From: a virus
Strand: one strand, 5' to 3'
Length of the DNA: 64,000 nt
IMG/VR virus record: IMGVR_UViG_3300036670_000209
Coordinates: 1 to 64,000 of that record
Positions 40,284 to 50,280 of this stretch are shown here, one piece after another (position 1 is the stretch's first letter; every line of letters starts with the position of its first letter). A program made the position numbers and the translations under genes. The notes under the pieces were generated by a model. The model had not been told where the DNA came from. It made no database searches and saw only the letters and a program-made list of their open reading frames with translations.

Positions 40284-40717
40284 GATGTTTCCTTTGTTTT
40301 GATGTGCCCCAAGAAAGTCACATAGGGTAGTAATAGCACACTGGCAGGATCTGTGCTCAGTGCACCCCATATTTTCAGTTGATCTGAGGTCATGGTCAGA
40401 TATCGGTCACAGTGATCATGGGCAACTAATGCCAATATTGCATCCCATACCATGTTACTTACTCCGTCACGTGCCACATATCGTGCCACATCCTTGGCTG
40501 TATCCTTCGCTGTACCCAATGCCGCATTCCATGCCGCACTCAAAGCCACATCCCTTGCCGCATCAAATACCGCACTCAATGCCACATTTCTTGCCGCGGC
40601 CCATACCACATCCCTTGTCGCATCGCGTGCTGGCATTGGTCTAATAGGAAACAATTCCACGTAGGTCAACACCTGATCAATATGTGCCGCATTGGGCAAG
40701 TGACTCCATTCAGTCAT
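40280..40717 (-). CDS. WSHLPNA family member
   Basis: Both caps, long A-rich repeat core. Confidence 0.85.
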   Translation of the reverse strand: MTEWSHLPNAAHIDQVLTYVELFPIRPMPARDATRDVVWAAARNVALSAVFDAARDVALSAAWNAALGTAKDTAKDVARYVARDGVSNMVWDAILALVAHDHCDRYLTMTSDQLKIWGALSTDPASVLLLPYVTFLGHIKTKETS

Positions 40718-40745
40718 GATGTTTCCTTGGTTGTTCATGTGACAA

Positions 40746-41156
40746 TTATAACACCAGATCTGTGGTTATCGTCTGAATTTCTTCTAAAAAGGTCACATAG
40801 GGGACCAGTAGAATTGCTGCAGGATCATCGCTCAATGTGCCCCATACCCGCAGTTGATCAGCGGTCATGGTCAGGTAGCGGGCACATTGGTCATAGGCCA
40901 CTAATGTCAGTATGGCCTGTCTTGCTGCATTCCATTGTGACCCCCAGACCACATCTCCTGCTGAATTGCGTAGTGCTTCTTTTTTCACTGCATTCCATAT
41001 ATCATCCCTGGATCGCTCATAAATATTATCCCATACTGCATCTATTGCTGGATTTACTTTCTCTGGCAGTACACCAATTCTGTCGGGATATGCCAGTAAA
41101 GTAGCCAGCACCTGATTGATGTGCACAGCATTGGGCAAGTGACTCCATGCAGTCAT
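40746..41156 (-). CDS. WSHLPNA family member
   Basis: Both caps, mostly non-repetitive core. Confidence 0.85.
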   Translation of the reverse strand: MTAWSHLPNAVHINQVLATLLAYPDRIGVLPEKVNPAIDAVWDNIYERSRDDIWNAVKKEALRNSAGDVVWGSQWNAARQAILTLVAYDQCARYLTMTADQLRVWGTLSDDPAAILLVPYVTFLEEIQTITTDLVL

Positions 41157-41590
41157 ACCTGTTCCTTTATTGCAGCATGTTCAAATAGGGTCACATAGGG
41201 CAGTAACAGCACGGCTGCAGGATCTGCACCCAACGCACACCATACACGCAGTTGATCTGCGGTCATGGTCAGATATCGGTCACTGTGGTCATAGGCAATC
41301 AGGGCCAATATTGCATCCTGCCCACTATCCCATCGTTCCATGTCAACAGGCATATCACTTACGGTATCCCATGCTGCATCCCGCGCTGCGTTCCATGCCG
41401 TATTCTTTGCTGCATCATGGACCACATCCTGCGCCACCTCCCATGCCGCAAAGCGCGGACTCCATTCCGGCTCACCCTCTGTGCTTCTGGTACGTTGATA
41501 GGATGACCCAAATGCATATGAACATACTGCCAAGTCAGACAACACCTGATCAATATGTGCCGCATTGGGCAAATAGTTCCAATCGGTCAT
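41153..41590 (-). CDS. WSHLPNA family member
   Basis: Both caps. Confidence 0.85.
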   Translation of the reverse strand: MTDWNYLPNAAHIDQVLSDLAVCSYAFGSSYQRTRSTEGEPEWSPRFAAWEVAQDVVHDAAKNTAWNAARDAAWDTVSDMPVDMERWDSGQDAILALIAYDHSDRYLTMTADQLRVWCALGADPAAVLLLPYVTLFEHAAIKEQV

Positions 41591-42030
41591 GATATATTCC
41601 TTGTTTGGTCACAACATCCACTGATCGTCATTGCTTCAATACTTTCCAATATGGTCACATAGGAAAGTACCAAGGCGCTGGAAGGATAACCGCTTAACTC
41701 ACTCCACACTTGCAGTTCATCTGCAGTCATGGACAAATAATGACCACTATGATCGTATGCAACCAGTGCCAACGTCACATCCCACATGATCCATCTAGCT
41801 GACCATGTCCATGTGATCAACTTTGACGGCATCGCTGATTCCACTGCCACCAACACTGCATCCCATTCCTTTTCTCTTGATGCTGCTTTGACCGCACGCC
41901 ACGCAGCGTGCTGTATGTCTGTGCCGCATCCTGTGTGATGCACTGCATCAAGATGAGTGGAGAATGCCCCCACTTTAGACATTACCTGATCTATGTGCCG
42001 TGCATTGGGCAAGTGACTCCATGCAGTCAT
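41587..42030 (-). CDS. WSHLPNA family member
   Basis: Both caps. Confidence 0.85.
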   Translation of the reverse strand: MTAWSHLPNARHIDQVMSKVGAFSTHLDAVHHTGCGTDIQHAAWRAVKAASREKEWDAVLVAVESAMPSKLITWTWSARWIMWDVTLALVAYDHSGHYLSMTADELQVWSELSGYPSSALVLSYVTILESIEAMTISGCCDQTRNIS

Positions 42031-42467
42031 GCTGTTTCCTTGTTGATGTTTTCCAAGAAAGTCACATATGGAACCAACAAGATCGCTGCTGGATCTGTGC
42101 CCAGGGCGCTCCAGGCGCGTAGCTGATCTGCGGTCATGGTCAGATATCGGTCACTGTAATCATAGGCAACCAATGCCAATATCGCATCCCGCATCACTAT
42201 GTCGACGATCACCTGCCGTGGCGCATCCCATGCTGCATCCCTTGCCGCACGCCATGCCGTACGCCGTGCCGCATCCCTTGCCGCATCCCTTGCCGCATCC
42301 CACGCCACATTCTTCGCCGCACGCCATGCCGCGCCCGATGGCAGCAAAGCTTGTGCCACCTCTTGTGACACACATGCGGCTGGAATTGGTGTAATATGTA
42401 ACAACCGTATATTGGCTATCACTGCATCAATATGCAGTGCATTGGGCAGGTGACTCCATGCAGTCAT
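42027..42467 (-). CDS. WSHLPNA family member
   Basis: Both caps, AAWR/AARD repeats. Confidence 0.85.
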   Translation of the reverse strand: MTAWSHLPNALHIDAVIANIRLLHITPIPAACVSQEVAQALLPSGAAWRAAKNVAWDAARDAARDAARRTAWRAARDAAWDAPRQVIVDIVMRDAILALVAYDYSDRYLTMTADQLRAWSALGTDPAAILLVPYVTFLENINKETA

Positions 42468-42877
42468 GCCAGTTCCTTTGAGGTATTATGCTCCATGAAA
42501 GTCACATAGGGCAGTAACAGTACGGCTGCTGGATCTGTGCCCAGGGCGCTCCAGGCGCGTAGCTGATCTGCGGTCATGGTCAGATATCGGTCACTGTAAT
42601 CATAGACAACCAGTGCTAGTATCACAGACTGTGATACATCCCATGCTGCACCCCATGACGAATTCCACGCCGCATTCCACGCTGCATCTAATATTGTATC
42701 TCTTGATGCTGCTTGGGCCGCAAGCCATGCCACATCTTGCGCCACATCCTGTACCGCACGCCATGCCGTATGGCCCGCCACACTACATGCTGGCGTCGGT
42801 CTAACATGTAATAACTGTATGTTAATCAACGCCTGATCTATGTGCCGTGCATTGGGCAAGTGACTCCATGCAGTCAT
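42464..42877 (-). CDS. WSHLPNA family member
   Basis: Both caps. Confidence 0.85.
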   Translation of the reverse strand: MTAWSHLPNARHIDQALINIQLLHVRPTPACSVAGHTAWRAVQDVAQDVAWLAAQAASRDTILDAAWNAAWNSSWGAAWDVSQSVILALVVYDYSDRYLTMTADQLRAWSALGTDPAAVLLLPYVTFMEHNTSKELA

Positions 42878-43269
42878 GCCAGTTCCTTTGAGGTATTATG
42901 CTCCATGAAAGTCACATAGGACAGTAACAAGATCGCTGCAGGATCTGCGCTCAGCGCACCCCATACCTGTAGTTGGTCTGAGGTCATGGTCAAATATCGG
43001 TCACAATAATCATAGGCAACTAATGCCAATATCGCATACTGCGCCGCATCTCTCGCCGTATTCCTTGCCGCACTCCACGATGTAGTCCATGCCGCATCTA
43101 GTATTCTATCTCTCGATGCTGCGTTGGCCGCATCTCTTGCCGCATACCATGCCGCAACCACCGCCGCATCCCGCGCCACACTGTGTACTGGTGTAATGAG
43201 CAACGACCGTATATTGGCTATCACTGCATTAATATGCCGTGCATTGGGCAAGTGACTCCACGCGTTCAT
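42874..43269 (-). CDS. WSHLPNA family member
   Basis: Both caps. Confidence 0.85.
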   Translation of the reverse strand: MNAWSHLPNARHINAVIANIRSLLITPVHSVARDAAVVAAWYAARDAANAASRDRILDAAWTTSWSAARNTARDAAQYAILALVAYDYCDRYLTMTSDQLQVWGALSADPAAILLLSYVTFMEHNTSKELA

Positions 43270-43745
43270 ATGTTTTCCTGAGTAGTAGTTGTTATACCAG
43301 TTGTGTTGATCGCGTCACGTAGTTGTAACCAAGTGAGTATTGTTCTCCAGCCCATGGGTTGCGCCAGTGCCAGTATGACTCCTGCGTGCTCCAATCCCAT
43401 GAGAGAATAATCAATCAATGAATCATTGGTAACCAGCAGCATGATCATATCCAGCAACCAGCGGGCTCGCTCCAGGTCAATGTCGTGGTCCCGATCACTA
43501 TCACTTAGATAATAACCACTATCACCTAGATAATAACCCAGTGGGCCGTTCATCTGATGGTCCACTGCTTCACAGATCTGAACTTGCTGTATGGTTTTGG
43601 CATCTCTGCACTGTAGCCAATCATCATCGCACAAACACTGCACATCAATCTGAGGTAGGCTATCCCAGATGTTTGATTTGGACTGCATGAGCTGAATCAG
43701 CTCATCAATCAGCTGGGCGTTGGCCAGATGTGACCAGAATACCAT
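43266..43745 (-). CDS. WSHLPNA family, divergent array-leading member
   Basis: MVFWSHLANAQLIDELI; degenerate C-cap. Confidence 0.6.
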   Translation of the reverse strand: MVFWSHLANAQLIDELIQLMQSKSNIWDSLPQIDVQCLCDDDWLQCRDAKTIQQVQICEAVDHQMNGPLGYYLGDSGYYLSDSDRDHDIDLERARWLLDMIMLLVTNDSLIDYSLMGLEHAGVILALAQPMGWRTILTWLQLRDAINTTGITTTTQENI

Positions 43746-43839
43746 TATTGTGCTTCCAGGTGTATGGCATGACGTACATGCAAATAGGGCATCAGCAGCT
43801 GGTCCAGGTAAACTGCATTGGGCAGCTGACACCAGGCAT

Positions 43840-44856
43840 TCATGATATACACTGGGAAAATGCCAGGCTGGCAATATTCTTACCCTTGGCCTCGCACTGT
43901 ATGTCAAAGTCTTGTGAAAATCCTGCTGCCCAGCGATTCACCGCGTGATTCCAATAATAGTCAGAATGCGCTCGTAATTTCTGACGATTATGCCCAGTGC
44001 CCAGCAGACTGGCCAGATCTGGCCTGACCTCAGGATCATGTGCCACCAGATAGTCCTCACGAGATACCGAATAATGACACGCAGGTCTGACACCTCTCCA
44101 GCTGTCAATAACTCGCCGGACCTGATCGTCCTGGGGATCAATATATTCCCCTTCACGAATCCAATTGTGATGGATATCCATCACAATGGGCACAATGTCT
44201 GCAATTTGCAAGCAGTCACTGAGCCCCCAACTATTTTCTTCGTTTTCTATGGTAATACAATTCCTGGCCTCAGGGCTCAGCTGCTGGTATGCACGTCGGA
44301 TACCATCAGGGCCCTGTTTACCGCTGATGTGCACATTGATCTTAAAGTCTTGAAAAGTTTTGCCGTAGCCCATCCAGCGTGCCATGTCAGCATGATACTC
44401 AAACTCAGCCAGACTACGCTCCACGATACCAGGATTTTCACTGGCCAGTACCACAAACTGTCCTGGATGCATGCTCAGTCTCACATCCAGTGCTCGGGCA
44501 GCCTGCCCCACCCTGGCAAACTCCCTGGCGCAGTATTCACGAACATCGTCACGTTGCCAGAAATAACTCCAATCTCGCTGTGTATACACGGGCAGCTGAT
44601 TGCTGCCCAGCCGCACCATGCGCAGATTGTCCGGCAGGCTGCCCACATACTGCACCAGGTTCAGTGCACTGCCGGTATTATGCACCATGATGTCCCACAG
44701 TCTTTGCTCGGCATCTGCACGTGTCTGTCTGTTTAACCAGGCCACCGTGGTACATTTTTCAGTACGAGCTCGCTGAATTTCTTCCAGTAATTTCACTGGC
44801 TGTGTTTGGTCTGGATGTAAATACTTACAGCAAAATCCCACTCTACCCATGATCAA
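43840..44856 (-). CDS. uvsE: UV damage repair endonuclease
   Basis: GFCCK, RLGS, RLSMHPGQF, NVH, IENEE, DIHH, HYS, HSD, EAKGK. Confidence 0.93.
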   Translation of the reverse strand: MIMGRVGFCCKYLHPDQTQPVKLLEEIQRARTEKCTTVAWLNRQTRADAEQRLWDIMVHNTGSALNLVQYVGSLPDNLRMVRLGSNQLPVYTQRDWSYFWQRDDVREYCAREFARVGQAARALDVRLSMHPGQFVVLASENPGIVERSLAEFEYHADMARWMGYGKTFQDFKINVHISGKQGPDGIRRAYQQLSPEARNCITIENEENSWGLSDCLQIADIVPIVMDIHHNWIREGEYIDPQDDQVRRVIDSWRGVRPACHYSVSREDYLVAHDPEVRPDLASLLGTGHNRQKLRAHSDYYWNHAVNRWAAGFSQDFDIQCEAKGKNIASLAFSQCIS

Positions 44857-44911
44857 CTCCAGTAATATAATTAATAATTCGCAATGTGTACATTATACAC
44901 TATAATGCTGG

Positions 44912-45928
44912 TTAGAAACCAACCAGGTCCTGAATAATTTCATAGTGATCTTCAAAGCACTCGGCACTGTTTATTTCTGCAAAAGGTACCCAACGTGCTC
45001 GTGTGGCATCATCTGAACCTTTTACACGTGGTAAATCACCATCAGGCAACCGAATCAGTTGCACATGGGTGATGATTCTACCACGCGCACTGCGATCTAT
45101 TGCATCATATACCCGGCTGCGTACAATGCTACCACGTAACACTGGTTCAGGTACCCTGATCAGGGTTTCTTCTCTGAGTTCTCGGATAGCTGCATCCACT
45201 ACGGTGTTGTCAGTCTGTGCATTAATGTATCCGCCAGGCAGCGCCCATAACCCACGGCCCGGCTCAGCGCGTCGTTTGATCATGAGCACATGTCCGCTGC
45301 ACACCACCACTGCATCAGCAGTGCTGAATATAGGAGGATACCTGAGCCCAGCATATTGCCGATTATGATCCACGATAAATTCACGCTCCCTGATCACCTG
45401 AGAGTAGTCATCAGTGCGGGCAAAATTCTCCAACCAGTCATGCACTGGCAAGGGTACCACTCCTTTGATGAAATTATAGTTCACCTGGCGTTTGAAATAC
45501 AGGTCCCTGATGTCCACTGCGCTCAGTGGCTGTATACTTTCCACATTCTCGTATGCCCACTGTGGAAACATATCCAGATAAAAGGAACTTTCATCTTTTT
45601 TATGCCCAATCATGCCCACACGGGCACCGGAATGCGCATGTGCGGCCACCAGCTGTTGTACCCTGGTGGCCCAGGCCTGGTTATTGTACAGGCTGTCAGT
45701 GGTGGATTCCACGGAAATATTCAAGCTCAATCCGCCAGTGGCCAGGCGTATCATGTGCGCACGTTCTACAAAAGTAAATGGATTCTTGAATGTTCGGGGA
45801 AGATTTGCACTACCCACCACAATCACCAGTTTGTCACACATGGCGGTTGCTCGCTTGATGATCTCCAGGTGAGCATTGTGCAGTGGTTGGAATCTGCCAA
45901 TAAAAACCAAAACGTCATATTTGTTCAT
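44912..45928 (-). CDS. nadM: Bifunctional NMN adenylyltransferase / Nudix ADP-ribose pyrophosphatase (NadM-Nudix, NatV-like)
   Basis: GRFQPLHNAH, KNPF, GHKKDESSFYL; WALPGG...AAIRELREET Nudix box, SDDA, FEDH. Confidence 0.93.
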   Translation of the reverse strand: MNKYDVLVFIGRFQPLHNAHLEIIKRATAMCDKLVIVVGSANLPRTFKNPFTFVERAHMIRLATGGLSLNISVESTTDSLYNNQAWATRVQQLVAAHAHSGARVGMIGHKKDESSFYLDMFPQWAYENVESIQPLSAVDIRDLYFKRQVNYNFIKGVVPLPVHDWLENFARTDDYSQVIREREFIVDHNRQYAGLRYPPIFSTADAVVVCSGHVLMIKRRAEPGRGLWALPGGYINAQTDNTVVDAAIRELREETLIRVPEPVLRGSIVRSRVYDAIDRSARGRIITHVQLIRLPDGDLPRVKGSDDATRARWVPFAEINSAECFEDHYEIIQDLVGF

Positions 45929-46257
45929 TTTAGTGACTCCTTTGCCAGTTTAAACACCTTCAATGCGGTGTCAGCTGCTATACCTTCAGCCTGGCAGGCG
46001 TGAGTAAATTTCAGAGCTTTTTGCAAATACTCTCCATGAGTATGAGCAAGCCAGTCATCCTGTTTGTTTTTCATCTCATAGAACCATCCGCAACCATCCG
46101 TGTGATTATGAGTACAAAATATACTGTGCAGTGTTTTGGCCAGTTGGTAACGGGGTTCAAGTTTAGCTAATGTGAGCTGTTGCTCAAGATCGGCCAATTC
46201 TCGGGTACGTTTTTTGATTTCTTCTTCAATTTCGAAGAGTGTTAGGGCTGTTGACAT
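45925..46257 (-). CDS. Hypothetical protein co-transcribed with nadM-Nudix
   Basis: Coiled coil + LH..FCTHNHTDGCGWFYE; ATGA overlap. Confidence 0.7.
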   Translation of the reverse strand: MSTALTLFEIEEEIKKRTRELADLEQQLTLAKLEPRYQLAKTLHSIFCTHNHTDGCGWFYEMKNKQDDWLAHTHGEYLQKALKFTHACQAEGIAADTALKVFKLAKESLK

Positions 46258-46286
46258 TGAAAAATCCTTTCAATTAATATCATGTT

Positions 46287-46351
46287 GCGTTGCGTCTATC
46301 GCATTGCTTGCTGTTCCATATCAGTATAACACCAAATTATATATCTGTCAA
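46287..46351 (-). promoter_or_regulatory. sigma70 promoter and leader hairpin of the nadM-Nudix unit
   Basis: TTGACA-17-TATACT; leader CAGCAAG..TGCG-ATAGA-CGCA. Confidence 0.65.
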
Positions 46352-46378
46352 GTGCTGGCACCCAGTGTGACACTGTGA

Positions 46379-46603
46379 TTATTGGTTAACTCCAAAATGT
46401 TTCCTAATCCGTTTTGAACACTCGCTGACTATCGAGCCCCTTGAATCTGACTCGGATACTATCCAACATTGTGTTACACATTCTTCTACAATCAACTCAG
46501 CAAACTTTTTTAACTCTTGTTCGCAATCATCACCTGATTCACTGAACCAAGAATCCATGAATCCGGCCACATCAGCCAGTTGTTTTATTCGTTCATTTAT
46601 CAT
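46379..46603 (-). CDS. MNERI/FAELI/KHFG family member
   Basis: NERIKQLA..LKKFAELIVEEC..IRKHFGV. Confidence 0.75.
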   Translation of the reverse strand: MINERIKQLADVAGFMDSWFSESGDDCEQELKKFAELIVEECVTQCWIVSESDSRGSIVSECSKRIRKHFGVNQ

Positions 46604-47298
46604 GTGGGTTTTCTCAAACTATCAGCAAACCATTCATTCAGATTAGCATTCAGTGCGGGCAAAGTATCCTCATTGAATTCATGCTCGCACTCCGCTCTAA
46701 TCATTCGAAATAATTCAGTGATTCGTTCTGAATGACTAAAACCCTGCGTGACTTCGCGTCGAATAATTCTACGCATGAACCATTGTTCAAAAATATTCAT
46801 TCCTTACTCCTAAAATGTTGTTTGATTTTTGTTGATCCACTGGTGCTCATACTAGATCTTTATCTACACTGTCCATCATTTTTACAATATGGTCATCCAA
46901 TGTAATTTTTCCATCTGTATATTCATATAGATACGCAGTTGGATCATTAATCGTAACGGCCAAATCCTGGTGTACAAAATCGTATTCTTTGAATGTCCAA
47001 GCTGGCAAACTTTTATCATAAACTCGAAAAACATACTTGTCATGCGACCACATGATAACTCCATTGATACCATCTGCACTAGTGTTTGAAATAAGCTTGC
47101 TCATTTTACAAACCTTGGCATTCTATTATGTATGCCATCATAAATGTAGCAGCCCAAACACGGCAACATACCTTCGAGATCATCACTGGAATGACGATCA
47201 ATGAGAGAATGGTCACCATCAACTAGCATATAATATAAACTGGTTGTACCTTCGTCAATCTGCGGTTTAAAAATATGTTCTAGGTCAGTTAGTGTCAT
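46600..47298 (-). other. Three small hypothetical genes (46600-46800, 46847-47104, 47101-47298)
   Basis: Coupled ORFs. Confidence 0.6.
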
Positions 47299-47300
47299 TA

Positions 47301-47495
47301 TTAATCTCCAAAATGTTGTTTGATTTTCTTATTCACAAAGGCATAACGCTCAGTATCAATTAATCCCTCTGCCCATTGTGCCCCAACATCAGCACATTCC
47401 ATCACAATTAACTCGGCGAACTTTGCCAAGTCAATATTGTGCTGAGAATAACTGTGATGGCATTGTGCAGCAAGCTGTAAAATTCGTTCGTTCAT
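47301..47495 (-). CDS. MNERI/FAELI/KHFG family member
   Basis: MNERILQLA..LAKFAELIVMEC..IKQHFG. Confidence 0.75.
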   Translation of the reverse strand: MNERILQLAAQCHHSYSQHNIDLAKFAELIVMECADVGAQWAEGLIDTERYAFVNKKIKQHFGD

Positions 47496-47674
47496 TTATG
47501 TAACCATGTGTTATATGCAATATTCGTACCAATGAGTAGCCAAATGATAGCAAGTCCAGCCTGGCTGTGAAACAAGAAATTTAAACCAGCTGCTGTGTTT
47601 AGTGCACTGACTGTATATCCGATGGGCCTATGATTATGTGATAACCAGTCTGCAACAAAGATAATTTTATTCAT
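47492..47674 (-). CDS. Small 2-TM protein
   Basis: Hydrophobic, coupled. Confidence 0.55.
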   Translation of the reverse strand: MNKIIFVADWLSHNHRPIGYTVSALNTAAGLNFLFHSQAGLAIIWLLIGTNIAYNTWLHK

Positions 47675-48152
47675 TTTTAATTCCCAAATGTGTTGCCAGC
47701 TGCTGCTCTGGTTTGCTGATATGGTTTAATATCAGCTGTATATAATTTGCCAACAGTATTGCCGCAGGGTCATTTTTAAGCAGCCCCCAGGGCAGTAGTT
47801 GGTTGGCGTTCGCTTCCAGATAGTCAGATGCATGGTCCCATATCAGTATGGCTTGCATGGCATCCACTATGATCACACTGCTGAAGTTCACTATACTATC
47901 ATGATATGCCTGGAACTCGTTACTGAACATACGTTCCACACGTATTTGACGCAGTTGCCACCAAACTTTGTGCTGGGCGCTAGTTTCCGGCTGCTGGCGT
48001 ACCAGTGCCACCATCAACTCCCGGGCACCAGCCAACTGATGCAGATCCACTGCACCAGGATCAATGGAGGGCACCACCGGTGCATTCTGCATATGTTCCC
48101 ACATGTTTTCAAGTATTGCACTGTTGGGTTGTTGTGTAAATATTGGCTTCAT
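47667..48152 (-). CDS. WSHLPNA family, divergent solitary member
   Basis: QPNSAIL N-cap remnant; DAMQAILIWDH..YL..NQL..W..DPAAILL; TTGACA-17-TATACT upstream. Confidence 0.65.
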   Translation of the reverse strand: MKPIFTQQPNSAILENMWEHMQNAPVVPSIDPGAVDLHQLAGARELMVALVRQQPETSAQHKVWWQLRQIRVERMFSNEFQAYHDSIVNFSSVIIVDAMQAILIWDHASDYLEANANQLLPWGLLKNDPAAILLANYIQLILNHISKPEQQLATHLGIKNE

Positions 48153-48461
48153 ATGGTGTGTTTGATGGACTGATACCAGTATACAGTAAAGCGACATACC
48201 TGTCAAACTCCAGATCATAGCATGTTAAACAGTGCTGGCATGTAGTAAAAATAGGTAAATAACATCCAAATAGCCATCCATCTCTGTTGCCGGCCCTGGC
48301 AATATTCACGATAGGTCAATAGCACCAAGGAAATATAAATCACATGAGGAATTAATAATTTGATTATCATCTGGGTACTCATAGCAGTGGGCATGGTTAT
48401 TTAATTGGCAGGCCATGTGCAGGCTGAGCGAACATGGCATCTGGTTTCGTAAGTGGAATTT

Positions 48462-48800
48462 TTAAAAGGCAATGCCATCTGTCCACTCGGGAGGTGGTAT
48501 AAATTGGGGTGTGAGCGGGCCTTGCCAATTGGGGTCGCTCCAATTGTCAAAAACCTGATTGTATGCCGAGTTTGTGCTGTGTGACGGGCAGCGCAGTCGA
48601 TCCTGATCTTCACTGAGCTTGCGCATGGTATCAATCATACTGTAAGGGTGCCAGGCATCCCAAATGGTAACATGGCCATCACAGTAGGTACCATCCCATG
48701 CACCATTGATCACCCAAAAATCAAAATCATCGGGTGATCGTGATCGGTTCACTATGACCAACAGCAGGGGACGATGTGGCAGTCCCAACATCAGTCTCAT
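48462..48800 (-). CDS. Hypothetical protein
   Basis: 112-aa ORF, FDFWVINGAWDG. Confidence 0.6.
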   Translation of the reverse strand: MRLMLGLPHRPLLLVIVNRSRSPDDFDFWVINGAWDGTYCDGHVTIWDAWHPYSMIDTMRKLSEDQDRLRCPSHSTNSAYNQVFDNWSDPNWQGPLTPQFIPPPEWTDGIAF

Positions 48801-48894
48801 GGTTCAATTCCCATGTGTTGGCTGATGCTGTCAATCAACCCGCTGTGATCCACATCAGTTTTCAAGTGATCAGCCAGCTGTTGTATTAGATTGC

Positions 48895-48978
48895 TCACTG
48901 GTCAAGTGCCAAGTGGTCGATGTTATCTGGTACCTGATTCAGGTATGCAGCGTTGGTCAAGTGGTTATGATCTGTCAT
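48895..48978 (-). pseudogene. Truncated WSHLPNA family remnant (27 aa)
   Basis: MTDHNHLTNAAYLNQV...; ATGA-coupled to previous copy, early TGA. Confidence 0.55.
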
Positions 48979-49433
48979 GTTGCCTTTGTTTGTATTGATT
49001 GTGCTTGCGTCAAGTGTGCTGGTACCCCCAGGGCGTTTGCAGTTCCCATGAAAGTTACGTAGGGCAGCAATAGCACACTGGCAGGATCTGCGTTTAACTT
49101 ACTCCAAACAGCCAGGTGATCTGAGGTCATGGTCAGATATCGGTCACAGTGATCATAGGCGATCAGGGCCATTATTGCATCTCTTGCTGCATCCCTTGCT
49201 ACACTCACAGCAGCCACCTCCCAGGTTACATCACGTAGCGCATTACGCGCCGCGCGCTTTGCTGAAATCCATGCGGCATCCCGTTCCGCATTCCACAACT
49301 CACCCCAGGCCGCATTCCAAGCCGTATTCCTTGCCGCATCACACGCCGGTATTGGTCTAATAGAGAACGACTGTATGTGGGCCAATACCTGATCAATATG
49401 CGCCGCATTGGGTAAATGACTCCATGCAGTCAT
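48975..49433 (-). CDS. WSHLPNA family member
   Basis: Both caps. Confidence 0.85.
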   Translation of the reverse strand: MTAWSHLPNAAHIDQVLAHIQSFSIRPIPACDAARNTAWNAAWGELWNAERDAAWISAKRAARNALRDVTWEVAAVSVARDAARDAIMALIAYDHCDRYLTMTSDHLAVWSKLNADPASVLLLPYVTFMGTANALGVPAHLTQAQSIQTKAT

Positions 49434-49870
49434 GCTGTTTCCTTTGAGGTAGCAGGTTCCATGAGGGTCACGTAGGGCAACAACAAGATTGCCGCCGGTT
49501 CTGTGCTCAACTTACTCCAAACAGCCAGTTCGTCAGCAGTCATGGTCAGATATTGGGCACTGTGGTCATAGGCAATCAGGGCTATTATCACATCCTGTGC
49601 CGCATCCCATGCCACATCCAATGCCGCATTCCATGCCACATCCCCCGTTACGGTCAGCACCAGTGCACTGTATACCGCACGCCGCGCCGCGCACCATGCT
49701 GCATCTTGTGACACCTCTTGTACCCCATCCTGTGCCGCACGCCAGGCCGCATTTTGTGCCACCTTTTGTACCACATGTTCGGTTGGCATTGATCTAATAG
49801 AGAACGACCCCAAGTTGGCTATCACTGCATCAATATGCAGTGCATTGGGCAAGTGACTCCATGCAGTCAT
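49430..49870 (-). CDS. WSHLPNA family member
   Basis: Both caps. Confidence 0.85.
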   Translation of the reverse strand: MTAWSHLPNALHIDAVIANLGSFSIRSMPTEHVVQKVAQNAAWRAAQDGVQEVSQDAAWCAARRAVYSALVLTVTGDVAWNAALDVAWDAAQDVIIALIAYDHSAQYLTMTADELAVWSKLSTEPAAILLLPYVTLMEPATSKETA

Positions 49871-50280
49871 ACTGGTTGCTCGGTTGTGGAGTGTTCCAAT
49901 AGGGTCACATAGGGCAGTAGTAGGATTGCCGCTGGATCTGTGCCCAGGGCGCTCCAGGCGCGTAGTTGATCTGCGGTCATGTTCATGTATCGGTCACTGT
50001 GGTCATAGGCAACTAATGCCATTATTGCATCTTGTACCGACCGCCATGCCCCATGCCACGCCACATCCCATGCCACATTCCATGCCGCATCCCATGCCGC
50101 ATCCCATACCACATCTCTTGATGCCGCCTGCGCCGCACCCCATGCCGCATCACGTGCCACATCCCATGATGCACGCCATGCCGCATCATGTGCCGGCATT
50201 GGTCTAATAGAGAACAACTTCATGTTGATCAATGCCTGATCTATGTGCCGTGCATTGGGCAAGTGACTCCATTCCGTCAT
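49867..50280 (-). CDS. WSHLPNA family member
   Basis: Both caps, AAWD repeats. Confidence 0.85.
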   Translation of the reverse strand: MTEWSHLPNARHIDQALINMKLFSIRPMPAHDAAWRASWDVARDAAWGAAQAASRDVVWDAAWDAAWNVAWDVAWHGAWRSVQDAIMALVAYDHSDRYMNMTADQLRAWSALGTDPAAILLLPYVTLLEHSTTEQPV

